Source of the DNA: Eubacteriales bacterium
GTDB taxonomy: Bacteria > Bacillota > Clostridia > Oscillospirales > CAG-272
Direction: 5' to 3'
DNA: 64,000 bases
Assembly (NCBI GenBank): GCA_051867875.1
Contig: JBJDZG010000001.1
Coordinates: forward strand, 17,284 to 81,283
Of this stretch, positions 37,788-48,533 are shown piece by piece. The notes under the pieces are model-generated. The model searched no databases. It was not told where the DNA came from and worked only from the letters and a program-made list of their open reading frames with translations. Each line of letters opens with the position of its first letter. Within the stretch, counting starts at the first letter, position 1. The translations under genes and the position numbers were made by a program.

Positions 37788-39110
37788 ATGGTCAAAATAA
37801 CAGAGGTGAGCGCAGGCTCAAGAGCAAAACGTGCGGGAATACTTGAAAACGATATTCTCGTTTCAATAAACGGCAGAGAGATAAATGACGTACTCGATTA
37901 CAGATTCTATCTTGCAGACAGAAAACTTAATATTTGCGTCAAAAGAGGAGATGAAGAGCTTCACTTTAACATAACGAAGCAGGAATACGATGATATCGGA
38001 CTTGACTTTGAAACGCCTCTTATGGACAAAAAGCATTCGTGTGAAAATAAGTGCATTTTTTGCTTTATCGACCAGCTCCCGAAGGGACTGCGAAAGTCGC
38101 TGTATTTCAAGGACGACGATTCAAGGCTTTCGTTCCTTCACGGAAATTATATCACCCTTACAAATCTTGACGATAAGGACATCGACAGAATAATCGAGAT
38201 GCACATTTCTCCCGTAAATGTCTCCGTTCACACAACAAACCCCGAGCTCCGCGTCAAAATGATGAAGAACAAACGCTCGGGCGAGGTTCTGGGCTATCTC
38301 AAAAGATTTGCCGATGCGCGCATAAATATCTGTGCGCAGATTGTGCTCTGCAAGGGAGTTAATGACGGCGAAGAACTCGCGCGCTCAATGGGGGACCTTA
38401 CCGAATACTATCCCGCGCTTCAAAGCGTTTCGATAGTGCCCGCGGGCAAGACGAAATTCAGAGAAAATCTCTATCATCTTGAAAGCTTTTCAAAAGAGGA
38501 CTGTCGCGAAGTCATTGCCCAAGTAGAGAAATTTGCCGATGAATGCTTTGAAAAATATGGTTCAAGACTCTTTTTCTGTGCGGACGAGTTTTATATCAAG
38601 GGTGAGCTTCCTCTCCACGACGATGGGTATTACGAGGGCTATGCACAAATTGAAAACGGAGTGGGAATGCTCACATCGCTTTTGACGGAATTCGGCTTTG
38701 AAATGGATAATATCGAGGATTACCTCGGTGAAATTAAGTTGCCGCGCAGAGTTTCGGTAGCGACGGGTATGGCTTCAAAAGACCAGATTATTTCTATGTG
38801 CGAAAAGCTCTCTGACGCCATCGAGGGACTTAAAATAGACGTTTACCCGATAGTCAATAATTTCTTCGGTGAGGAAATCACCGTTTCGGGACTTTTGACG
38901 GGAACGGATATATACGACCAATTAAAAGATAAGGAATTATACGACGAGCTCATACTCCCCGCAAACGTGCTTCGTGCCGAGGGGGACCTCTTTCTGTGCG
39001 GAATGAGCCTTGAAGAGCTCGGTGAAAAATTGAACGTTAAAATAAGACTTTCGGGTAATGACGGCGCGGGATTCGTTTGCGCCATGCTCGGAATAGAACA
39101 GGAGGGATAA
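37788..39110 (+). CDS. DUF512-family protein with an N-terminal PDZ domain and a radical-SAM-type CxxxCxxC motif
   Basis: 440 aa from ATG 37788, with a PDZ-like region (GSRAKRAGILENDILVSINGREI) and the motif CENKCIFC; lies upstream of der, as is common in Clostridia. Confidence 0.85.
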   Translation: MVKITEVSAGSRAKRAGILENDILVSINGREINDVLDYRFYLADRKLNICVKRGDEELHFNITKQEYDDIGLDFETPLMDKKHSCENKCIFCFIDQLPKGLRKSLYFKDDDSRLSFLHGNYITLTNLDDKDIDRIIEMHISPVNVSVHTTNPELRVKMMKNKRSGEVLGYLKRFADARINICAQIVLCKGVNDGEELARSMGDLTEYYPALQSVSIVPAGKTKFRENLYHLESFSKEDCREVIAQVEKFADECFEKYGSRLFFCADEFYIKGELPLHDDGYYEGYAQIENGVGMLTSLLTEFGFEMDNIEDYLGEIKLPRRVSVATGMASKDQIISMCEKLSDAIEGLKIDVYPIVNNFFGEEITVSGLLTGTDIYDQLKDKELYDELILPANVLRAEGDLFLCGMSLEELGEKLNVKIRLSGNDGAGFVCAMLGIEQEG

Positions 39111-39112
39111 AA

Positions 39113-41718
<2,606 letters not shown>

Positions 41719-41728
41719 GGAGAAAGGT

Positions 41729-42256
41729 ATGAATATTTGGCACGATATTAATCCAAGTGAGATAACCCCCGAGGAGTTTACCGCGGTAATCGAAATTCCG
41801 AAAAACTCGCAATGTAAATACGAGCTTGATAAGGAAACGGGACTTCTCAAGCTTGACAGGGTTTTGTATACCTCGACTCACTATCCCGCGAATTACGGTT
41901 TTATTCCGAGAACGTACGCAGACGACAAGGACCCCCTTGACGTTCTCGTGCTCGCATCTCCCGAGATATATCCCATGACTCTCGTGAAGGTAAGACCCAT
42001 CGGCGTTATGCAGATGGTTGACGGCGGTGATATCGACGATAAGATAATCGCAGTTCCCGTAAGTGAGCCGACTGCCGTGAACTACCACTCCATTCACGAC
42101 CTGCCCACGCACGTTTTCGACGAAATTATGCACTTTTTCAAGGTGTATAAACAGCTTGAAAACAAGAAAACGGCGGTAAAATCGCTTTATGACAAGGACA
42201 GAGCCATTGAGATAATTCAAAAGGCAATCGACGATTATAAAGAGATATTCTCATAA
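41729..42256 (+). CDS. ppa: Inorganic pyrophosphatase (family I)
   Basis: 175 aa; family I PPase motifs (YELDKETG, NYGFIPRT, DGDPLDV-like DKDPLDVLV). Confidence 0.95.
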   Translation: MNIWHDINPSEITPEEFTAVIEIPKNSQCKYELDKETGLLKLDRVLYTSTHYPANYGFIPRTYADDKDPLDVLVLASPEIYPMTLVKVRPIGVMQMVDGGDIDDKIIAVPVSEPTAVNYHSIHDLPTHVFDEIMHFFKVYKQLENKKTAVKSLYDKDRAIEIIQKAIDDYKEIFS

Positions 42257-42262
42257 ATAACA

Positions 42263-42296
42263 AAAGGTCAACGGAAACCCGTTGACCTTTATTTCT
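42263..42296. terminator. Bidirectional rho-independent terminator (ppa / LRR gene)
   Basis: 12-bp stem aaaggtcaacgg/ccgttgaccttt, loop aaac, T-rich tail. Confidence 0.85.
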
Positions 42297-42302
42297 TATA
42301 AA

Positions 42303-42953
42303 TCACTGTACTGAAAAGGTTATACCGAAGCTCTTTGCGTACTTTTGGGCGAATGAATCGCGCTCTCCGTATAACGTAAGAGACTTTGAGCACGAATCGA
42401 ACGCGCCGTAGCCTATCACGCTGACGCTTTCGGGAACATAAACAGTGCTGAGAGCATAGCAACCGTAAAAAGCAAACCAGTCAATTTCCGTGCAGGAAGA
42501 GGGAAGTGTAACAGATTTTACTTTCGTGTCGGCAAAAGCACTTTCTCCTATTTTCAGTACGGGAAGCTGTTCTATATTGTTGGGTATCCTGACATTTGTT
42601 TGAGTGCCGTTGTATTTCGTTATCGTAATACCCCCGTTTTCCTTTATGTATTCAAATTCGGGCTCACTTTCCGTTGGTGTGCTTCCGCCGTTTGTGCCGT
42701 TGTCGGTGTTTGAGGTGTTATTATTGCCCGCATTTCCGCCGTTGTTTTCTTCGTTTTTGTTGTTAAGACTGATAATTGAATTGATGAGCTCGCTCTGCTG
42801 ATTGAGCTTTTCTCTCAGGGCTTCTATTTCCGATTTGTAGTTGGCTTCGATGGTTTGTTCAATCTTTGCGTTTATCTCTTTTCCGCCGATAAAGATTGCA
42901 AGGATGACGACCGCCAAAAATAAAATGATTGATGTTAAGTTGATTGAATTCAT
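42303..42953 (-). CDS. Membrane-anchored BspA-type leucine-rich-repeat (LRR_5-like) protein
   Basis: 216 aa: N-terminal TM helix, coiled-coil segment, Asn/Gly/Thr-rich linker, then the repeats IGESAF...VTLPSS..IDWFAFYGC..L..VYVPESVSVIGYGAFDSC. Confidence 0.7.
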   Translation of the reverse strand: MNSINLTSIILFLAVVILAIFIGGKEINAKIEQTIEANYKSEIEALREKLNQQSELINSIISLNNKNEENNGGNAGNNNTSNTDNGTNGGSTPTESEPEFEYIKENGGITITKYNGTQTNVRIPNNIEQLPVLKIGESAFADTKVKSVTLPSSCTEIDWFAFYGCYALSTVYVPESVSVIGYGAFDSCSKSLTLYGERDSFAQKYAKSFGITFSVQ

Positions 42954-42962
42954 AAATATTAA

Positions 42963-43007
42963 ACCTCCGTTTTTTTATAGTCAGTAAACTATATGTCAAA
43001 CGGAGGT
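42963..43007 (-). promoter_or_regulatory. Interrupted 16-bp hairpin that sequesters the Shine-Dalgarno of the LRR gene (may double as the thioesterase terminator)
   Basis: Perfect 10-nt inverted repeat ACCTCCGTTT / AAACGGAGGT plus an inner stem TATAGT/ACTATA. The 3' arm on the mRNA contains the GGAGG located 10 nt before the ATG at 42953. Confidence 0.4.
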
Positions 43008-43023
43008 AAAATATTCTGCTTTT

Positions 43024-43764
43024 TTATTTAATCTCGGATTTTTGTTCTTCGGTGAGCATATAAGCTTCAAGGCAGGTCTTGCCCTCGGAGTTAAGCGTTC
43101 TGAAATAAAAGGTATTATCACCGTCCTGCGCTCTCAAAACCGACAGCTCGTCGTTGTACATAGCGCCGAGAATGAAGGAGAGCATAAGCTCCTTGACTCT
43201 GTAATGCTCGGGAGAGGGAAGAAAGTCAACGAGCATATTCGGATAGTGAGTGTTGTTCATGTGCCTGTTGTAGTCAATGTCGCTGTAAACTATCTTTCTC
43301 TTGCCGACAAGCTCCGGCTCCCCGTCGGGAAATTTAATTCTTCTCGGCATATTGACCTCAAGCGATGGCTCGTCAACGAAATTGTTTTCAAATTTTGAGA
43401 TTGGCAGAAGCTTGTGCTCAATCGTGTCGAGCAACGCCCAAGTTGTGAGCGCGTCTGCAATTACAGTATCGCCCCTCTTTACTCTGAAGCTACGGTAAAA
43501 GGTAAAGCCCCTTGATTCCACACCTGTCCACGTTTCTACGGTTATGTCCTCGTAAGCGTAAGCGGGCTCGTAAAATCGCATATAAATTTTTGAAAGAATA
43601 AAAGCCTGATGAAGTTCGTCCCTTATGTATTCCAAAGTGGGATACAAGGTCTGAATGTGCTTGTTGGTCGTTTCCTGCATAAACGTAAGAACAGCAGATG
43701 GAGTTATCTCTCGGTTGGCGTTAGTGTCGTGCCAACGTATATTGTAATTCCGTGTAAATTTCAT
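43024..43764 (-). CDS. Acyl-[acyl-carrier-protein] thioesterase
   Basis: 246 aa; double hot-dog FatA/B-like pattern (YNIRWHDTNANREITPSAVLTFMQE...YSDIDYNRHMNNTHY). Confidence 0.85.
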   Translation of the reverse strand: MKFTRNYNIRWHDTNANREITPSAVLTFMQETTNKHIQTLYPTLEYIRDELHQAFILSKIYMRFYEPAYAYEDITVETWTGVESRGFTFYRSFRVKRGDTVIADALTTWALLDTIEHKLLPISKFENNFVDEPSLEVNMPRRIKFPDGEPELVGKRKIVYSDIDYNRHMNNTHYPNMLVDFLPSPEHYRVKELMLSFILGAMYNDELSVLRAQDGDNTFYFRTLNSEGKTCLEAYMLTEEQKSEIK

Positions 43765-43843
43765 TTTTATCTCCTTTTTTGAAATTACCGAGTGGTATTT
43801 TACATCAAAGCAAAAGAAAAATCAATACTTTTTTGTTAATTTT

Positions 43844-44203
43844 TTATGTCGCATCACCGCCCGAGAGTCCGAAGCTGACCGCTATTGCGGAGTTGACCTC
43901 GTTCATCATATTATCGTCAAGATGCCCCATTTTTTCCTTTAATCTTTGCTTGTCTATTGTTCGTATCTGTTCAAGCAGAATGACGGAATCCTTGGCAAGT
44001 CCGACTCCGTTTGCGTGAATGTCTATATGCGTCGGCAGATGAGCCTTACCCATTTTTGATGTAATGGCTGCAGCAATAACCGTGGGGCTATATCTGTTCC
44101 CGACATCGTTTTGAACTATCAAAACGGGGCGGAGCCCACCTTGCTCCGAGCCTACGACGGGGCTCAAATCCGCATAAAAAATATCTCCTCTTTTAACGTT
44201 CAT
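43844..44203 (-). CDS. mazF: Endoribonuclease toxin MazF/EndoA (PemK family)
   Basis: 119 aa from ATG 44203 (GGAGG 8 nt upstream). Near-collinear with B. subtilis EndoA ([36 protein letters not shown]...[17 protein letters not shown]). Confidence 0.9.
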   Translation of the reverse strand: MNVKRGDIFYADLSPVVGSEQGGLRPVLIVQNDVGNRYSPTVIAAAITSKMGKAHLPTHIDIHANGVGLAKDSVILLEQIRTIDKQRLKEKMGHLDDNMMNEVNSAIAVSFGLSGGDAT

Positions 44204-44385
44204 CAAGAATACCTCCGTATAGATAAGGGTTCAGTCTTATCATTTGCTTTGGTATATTTTTTCCATATTTCGTCCGCATTTAATCACTTTGAGTGAAAAT
44301 ACGGAAAGGAAATTTTTGCTCAAATAAAACTGTCATATTACAGTATATTTTGAGCGGGAAAAATGTGTTAAAAAGAGGAGATTTG

Positions 44386-46509
44386 TCATGTGAAGTCGAA
44401 AACTACTTTTCCGTCCTGCAATTTCAGATATGCGCTGAATTGCTTGCCGTTTTTCGAGGTAAAGCCCTGAATTTTCGACGTTTTTCCTGTGTTGAGCAGC
44501 ATCCGGACGTTCGATTTTGAAATAGACCTGCCCAAAATATAATTGCTTATGGAGAATTTACAGCCGTTTTCCTTGTAATTGGAGCAGCCGTAGCCGAATT
44601 TCGTACGTCTGATTTCGCCCGAACAAAGCGGGCAGGGACCTACGACGTCGCCGAGAAATCCGATATCCGTGTCGAGCTCAACGGGCTGGTCCTTCGCACT
44701 GAAAATTTCCGAGAGCTCTTCCTCGGTAAGCTTTATCGCGTCGCCTATTTCTATTGTGCCGTGATATACCTTTTTGAGCGCCTGACCTAATTGGCTCGTC
44801 TTGTACTTGTCCATCGTTATATTCATTCTCATAAGCGACTCTATCATAAATATACCGCCGGGGAGAATAGTATAAACGTCCTTGTTTAGGTTTATATACT
44901 GACTGTTTCGAGCGTTGTCGATAATGCCCGTTCTCGTAGCCTCGGTTCCAAGCTCAAGACCCTCAAAGATAGCCTTATAATCCTCGGCGTCGTCCGTATT
45001 TTCACCCTCGTCGCTCTGTGACTTTTCGTCAAGCGCTGCCTTGTCGTCCTTGAAGGGATTTTTAAGATAATTGTTGAGCGTTTCAATTGTGTAGTGCTTG
45101 GGCGGAGCGGTCTCCTTCTGCGCGGGCTTGAAATTGATAACTACCTCATCGCCCTTTGCGAGTTTGGGCAGAATTTTGTCCTTTTGAGTGTAGTCGTCGT
45201 ATTTCGTCCAACCCTTTTGAACGATGACAGTGCCCTTGATGGAAAACTCCTCGTAATCGCCGACCTTGATGGTTATTTCACTTTTCTCCACGATACATTC
45301 TTCCGCGCAGAAAACCGCCACGAAGCGACGGAAAACGGTGGAATAAACCTTCATCTCGTCGGGTGTCAGCTTTGAGGCATCGGGAATTTTATACGTCGGC
45401 GTGAGAGCCGAGTGGGACTCGATCTTCGAGTCGTCGAATATCTTTTTTGAAAATTTGAATTCAACGGGATATCCGAGCTTTTTGCAGTTTTCGAGAATGG
45501 TCTTGACCTTGCCTTGCTCACTTGTCGCAAGATACTCGGAGTTCGTTCTAGGATAGGTGAGATAGCCGTTTTCGTAGAGCTTCTGAATGATATCAAGACT
45601 CTGCTTCATCGACATTTTGTACTTCTTACCGAGCACATTTTGAAGCTTGGAAAGAGAATAGAGCTTGCCCGGTTGGAGCGTTTCTTTTTTGCGTTTCACC
45701 GCCGTAACGACAGCAGTTGAAGCGTTGTATTTTCGGCAGAGCTCATCTGCAAGATTAAGTTCGCTTGCGGCAAATTTTTTTTTGCCGTTGAGCTCAATTA
45801 CTTCGCCGTTTGTAAACTCCTTACTTGCAATAATGTAATACTTTTCGGGCACGAAATTCTTTATCGCCATATCTCTGTCATATATAGCCTTGACAATGGG
45901 AACGATAACGCGTCCCACGCGCAAAAGCGTGCCCGTTTTGAGCGTTGCATAGCGGGTGAGATTTACGCCGTAGAGCCAGTCTATGTAGGTGCGAGCAAAG
46001 CCCTCGTTTGCGAGATTGTCGTATTCCGCATCGGGCTTCATTTCCGTGAGTGCCTTCGCAACGGTTTGCGGAGTCTGGTCGGGAAGCCAGAGTCTGCGTA
46101 TATCCTTGGGACTTTGAAGAGCATTCTGGATACAAAGCCTGACTATTATCTCTCCCTCACGGTCAGCATCTCCCGCATTCACTATTGTGTCAACATCCGC
46201 TCTGTTGCAGAGCTGTTTTATTATGGCAAACTGTTTTGCAACACCCGTGTCAACCTGCTTTTTTGCGTCCTTTTTGAGTTCGAAAACAAATTTTTCGGGG
46301 AAGCAGGGAAGATTGTCCATAGTCCAGCGGTTAGTGCCGTCGGGTGAAGGAGAATAGTGCTCAATATCGGCAAGGGAGAAAAGATGACCGAAAGCCCAAG
46401 TTATAAGATAACCGTTACCTTCAAGATAGCCGTTCCTGTTTGTCATCTTACCGATTCCCGCGCCTATATTGCGCGCAAGACTCGGCTTTTCAGCAATAAT
46501 AAGTATCAT
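44386..46509 (-). CDS. topB: DNA topoisomerase III
   Basis: 707 aa from ATG 46509 (MILIIAEKPS), with a Toprim domain, a type IA core and a C-terminal zinc-ribbon (CPLCSGEI...GCSNYKENGCKFSI). Confidence 0.93.
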   Translation of the reverse strand: MILIIAEKPSLARNIGAGIGKMTNRNGYLEGNGYLITWAFGHLFSLADIEHYSPSPDGTNRWTMDNLPCFPEKFVFELKKDAKKQVDTGVAKQFAIIKQLCNRADVDTIVNAGDADREGEIIVRLCIQNALQSPKDIRRLWLPDQTPQTVAKALTEMKPDAEYDNLANEGFARTYIDWLYGVNLTRYATLKTGTLLRVGRVIVPIVKAIYDRDMAIKNFVPEKYYIIASKEFTNGEVIELNGKKKFAASELNLADELCRKYNASTAVVTAVKRKKETLQPGKLYSLSKLQNVLGKKYKMSMKQSLDIIQKLYENGYLTYPRTNSEYLATSEQGKVKTILENCKKLGYPVEFKFSKKIFDDSKIESHSALTPTYKIPDASKLTPDEMKVYSTVFRRFVAVFCAEECIVEKSEITIKVGDYEEFSIKGTVIVQKGWTKYDDYTQKDKILPKLAKGDEVVINFKPAQKETAPPKHYTIETLNNYLKNPFKDDKAALDEKSQSDEGENTDDAEDYKAIFEGLELGTEATRTGIIDNARNSQYINLNKDVYTILPGGIFMIESLMRMNITMDKYKTSQLGQALKKVYHGTIEIGDAIKLTEEELSEIFSAKDQPVELDTDIGFLGDVVGPCPLCSGEIRRTKFGYGCSNYKENGCKFSISNYILGRSISKSNVRMLLNTGKTSKIQGFTSKNGKQFSAYLKLQDGKVVFDFT

Positions 46510-46540
46510 TTTTCCTCTCCTTTCCAAAAGTATCCGAACT

Positions 46541-46569
46541 ATTATACCCTAAAAAATGAGCTCTGTCAA
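46541..46569 (-). promoter_or_regulatory. Sigma-A-type promoter for topB
   Basis: Minus-strand TTGACA, 17-nt spacer, TATAAT; exact consensus. Confidence 0.6.
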
Positions 46570-46606
46570 GGAACAAAAAATATAAATCTCAATTTCTACA
46601 AATTTC

Positions 46607-46635
46607 TTGACTTTTGACTTGCCGTAATGTATAAT
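46607..46635 (+). promoter_or_regulatory. Sigma-A-type promoter for miaB-ylbF-mutS-mutL-tgt
   Basis: TTGACT, 17-nt spacer, TATAAT. Confidence 0.6.
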
Positions 46636-46658
46636 ATTAAGATGATATATTGTGTATT

Positions 46659-48092
46659 ATGGAGAAATATGTTTTGAAAGTGACGAAAATATTACCAAAA
46701 GAAGAAATTGATAATCAGTACAGATATATGAGCCAAATCCGCGAGAGTAACGACCTTTTTGAAAAAGAGCACGGCGTCAAGCGCGGAGCGTTCGTTATGA
46801 CGTTCGGCTGTCAGCAGAATGAGGCGGACAGCGAGAGAATCGCGGGAATGGCAGAGGCTATGGGTTATGAGATACTCACGTCCCCCGAAAACGCCTACCT
46901 CATCGTGGTAAATACATGTGCCATAAGAGAGCACGCAGAGCTTAAAGCGTTATCGATTATCGGTCAGTACAAACACATAAAACAGAAAAATCCCGAGCTC
47001 GTTATCGCGGTGTGCGGTTGTATGGTAACTCAGGAGCACAGAATAAACGATATTAAATTCAAATATCCTTACGTTGATTTTGTATTTTCGACTTCCGCCA
47101 TTCATAAGCTCCCCGAGCTTCTTTCAAAGAAGATAGGCAAGGGAAAAAGACTTTACTGCACCGACGAGGAATACGCAGTAGCCGAGGGACTTCCCGTAAA
47201 ACGCGAGAGCAATTATCGCGCATGGGTTTCCATTATGTACGGCTGTAATAATTTCTGCACGTATTGCATCGTGCCCTACGTAAGAGGACGCGAGCGAAGC
47301 AGAAGAAAAGAGGAGATAATAAAAGAGGTCAGAGAACTTGTATCAGAGGGCTATAAGGATATCACACTCCTCGGTCAGAACGTCAATTCCTACGGAAAAG
47401 ACAGCGGATTTGACTACGATTTTGCCGACTTGCTTGACGAGCTTGCTCATATTGAGGGAGATTTTCTGCTTCATTTTATGACGAGCCACCCGAAGGACGC
47501 AACAAGAAAGCTCGTTGACGTTATTGCAAATAATCACCGGGTTGCAAAGCAGTTCCACCTGCCCTTGCAATCGGGCAGTGACAGAATACTCAAAGCGATG
47601 AACCGTCACTATCAGCTTGATAAATACCTCGACATAGTTGACTATATGAGGGAGAAAATTCCCGATATCGTCATAACTACGGATATCATCGTCGGATTTC
47701 CGGGCGAAACAGAGGAAGATTTTGAGGGAACGCTTGATGCGCTCAAACGCGTAAGATACGATATGATTTATTCCTTCATTTACTCCCCGAGAAAGGGCAC
47801 ACCCGCCGCCGAAATGGAAAATCAAGTACCGCCCGCGGTTCAGTCGGAGAGATTTAACAGACTTCTCTCGCTTCAAAACGATATCGCTTACGAAATAAAT
47901 CAAAAGCATCTCGGGCAGACTATTCGTGTGCTCTGCGACGGCGAGAGCAAAACCAATTCCGACGTGCTCTGCGGAAGAACCGAGGGCAATAAAATAGTGC
48001 ATTTTAACGGCGCGCCCGAGCTCTGCGGAAAATACGTCAACGTGGAAATTACAAAAGCCGAAACCTTCGCGCTTATCGGCAAAACAGTATAA
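46659..48092 (+). CDS. miaB: tRNA-2-methylthio-N6-dimethylallyladenosine synthase MiaB
   Basis: About 477 aa, with the UPF0004 Cys triad (TFGCQQN...NTCAIRE...CGC), radical SAM CNNFCTYC and a TRAM domain. Exact start is ambiguous (ATG 46659, or TTG 46674 after GGAG). Confidence 0.93.
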   Translation: MEKYVLKVTKILPKEEIDNQYRYMSQIRESNDLFEKEHGVKRGAFVMTFGCQQNEADSERIAGMAEAMGYEILTSPENAYLIVVNTCAIREHAELKALSIIGQYKHIKQKNPELVIAVCGCMVTQEHRINDIKFKYPYVDFVFSTSAIHKLPELLSKKIGKGKRLYCTDEEYAVAEGLPVKRESNYRAWVSIMYGCNNFCTYCIVPYVRGRERSRRKEEIIKEVRELVSEGYKDITLLGQNVNSYGKDSGFDYDFADLLDELAHIEGDFLLHFMTSHPKDATRKLVDVIANNHRVAKQFHLPLQSGSDRILKAMNRHYQLDKYLDIVDYMREKIPDIVITTDIIVGFPGETEEDFEGTLDALKRVRYDMIYSFIYSPRKGTPAAEMENQVPPAVQSERFNRLLSLQNDIAYEINQKHLGQTIRVLCDGESKTNSDVLCGRTEGNKIVHFNGAPELCGKYVNVEITKAETFALIGKTV

Positions 48093-48107
48093 AGGAGAAA
48101 AAACACA

Positions 48108-48500
48108 ATGGAAATTTTTGAAATTGCAAAGCAGCTCGGTGAAGCTATAAAGAAAGACGAAAGACTTATAGAATTTGAAGCGGCGAAAAAGGCTTACGAA
48201 GCAGATACTGCCTTGCAGACTGCTCTTAAAGAATACGAGGTACAGCAGCAGGCTCTTCAATCTGAAATGATGAAAGAGGATAAGGACGGCTTTACCATTG
48301 ACGCCATCAACGAAAGAATAAATCAGCTTTACGAACAGATAGTTTCAAATGGGGCGTTTGTAAGACTCAATACGCTCCAATACGAAGTAAACGAGCTTAT
48401 GAGCGAGGTAAACAACATTATCACCTGTACAATAACGGGCGAGGACCCCTCCGCGGCGTGCACTCATAACTGCGCTACCTGCCATTCACAGTGCCACTAA
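48108..48500 (+). CDS. YlbF/YmcA (RicF/RicA)-family protein with a Cys-rich C-terminal tail
   Basis: 130-aa helical protein in the miaB-ymcA-(cotE)-mutS position of B. subtilis synteny; the tail reads CTITGEDPSAACTHNCATCHSQCH. Confidence 0.7.
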   Translation: MEIFEIAKQLGEAIKKDERLIEFEAAKKAYEADTALQTALKEYEVQQQALQSEMMKEDKDGFTIDAINERINQLYEQIVSNGAFVRLNTLQYEVNELMSEVNNIITCTITGEDPSAACTHNCATCHSQCH

Positions 48501-48533
48501 AAAAACTCAATTTAAGATAAGGAGAGATTGTCC

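Noticed and set aside
44198-44279. 28-codon minus-strand ORF ([28 protein letters not shown]) overlapping the mazF start, considered as a MazE remnant
   Set aside because: It has no resemblance to EndoAI/MazE (RHH or AbrB fold), is too short, and has no RBS. It is retained only as context in the orphan-mazF finding.
42303-46527. topB - mazF - thioesterase - LRR block, considered as a remnant mobile element or defence island
   Set aside because: No integrase, recombinase, relaxase, phage or restriction genes were seen, and no flanking direct repeats or tRNA. topB has a consensus housekeeping promoter divergent from miaB. Composition does not look different from the surroundings by eye.
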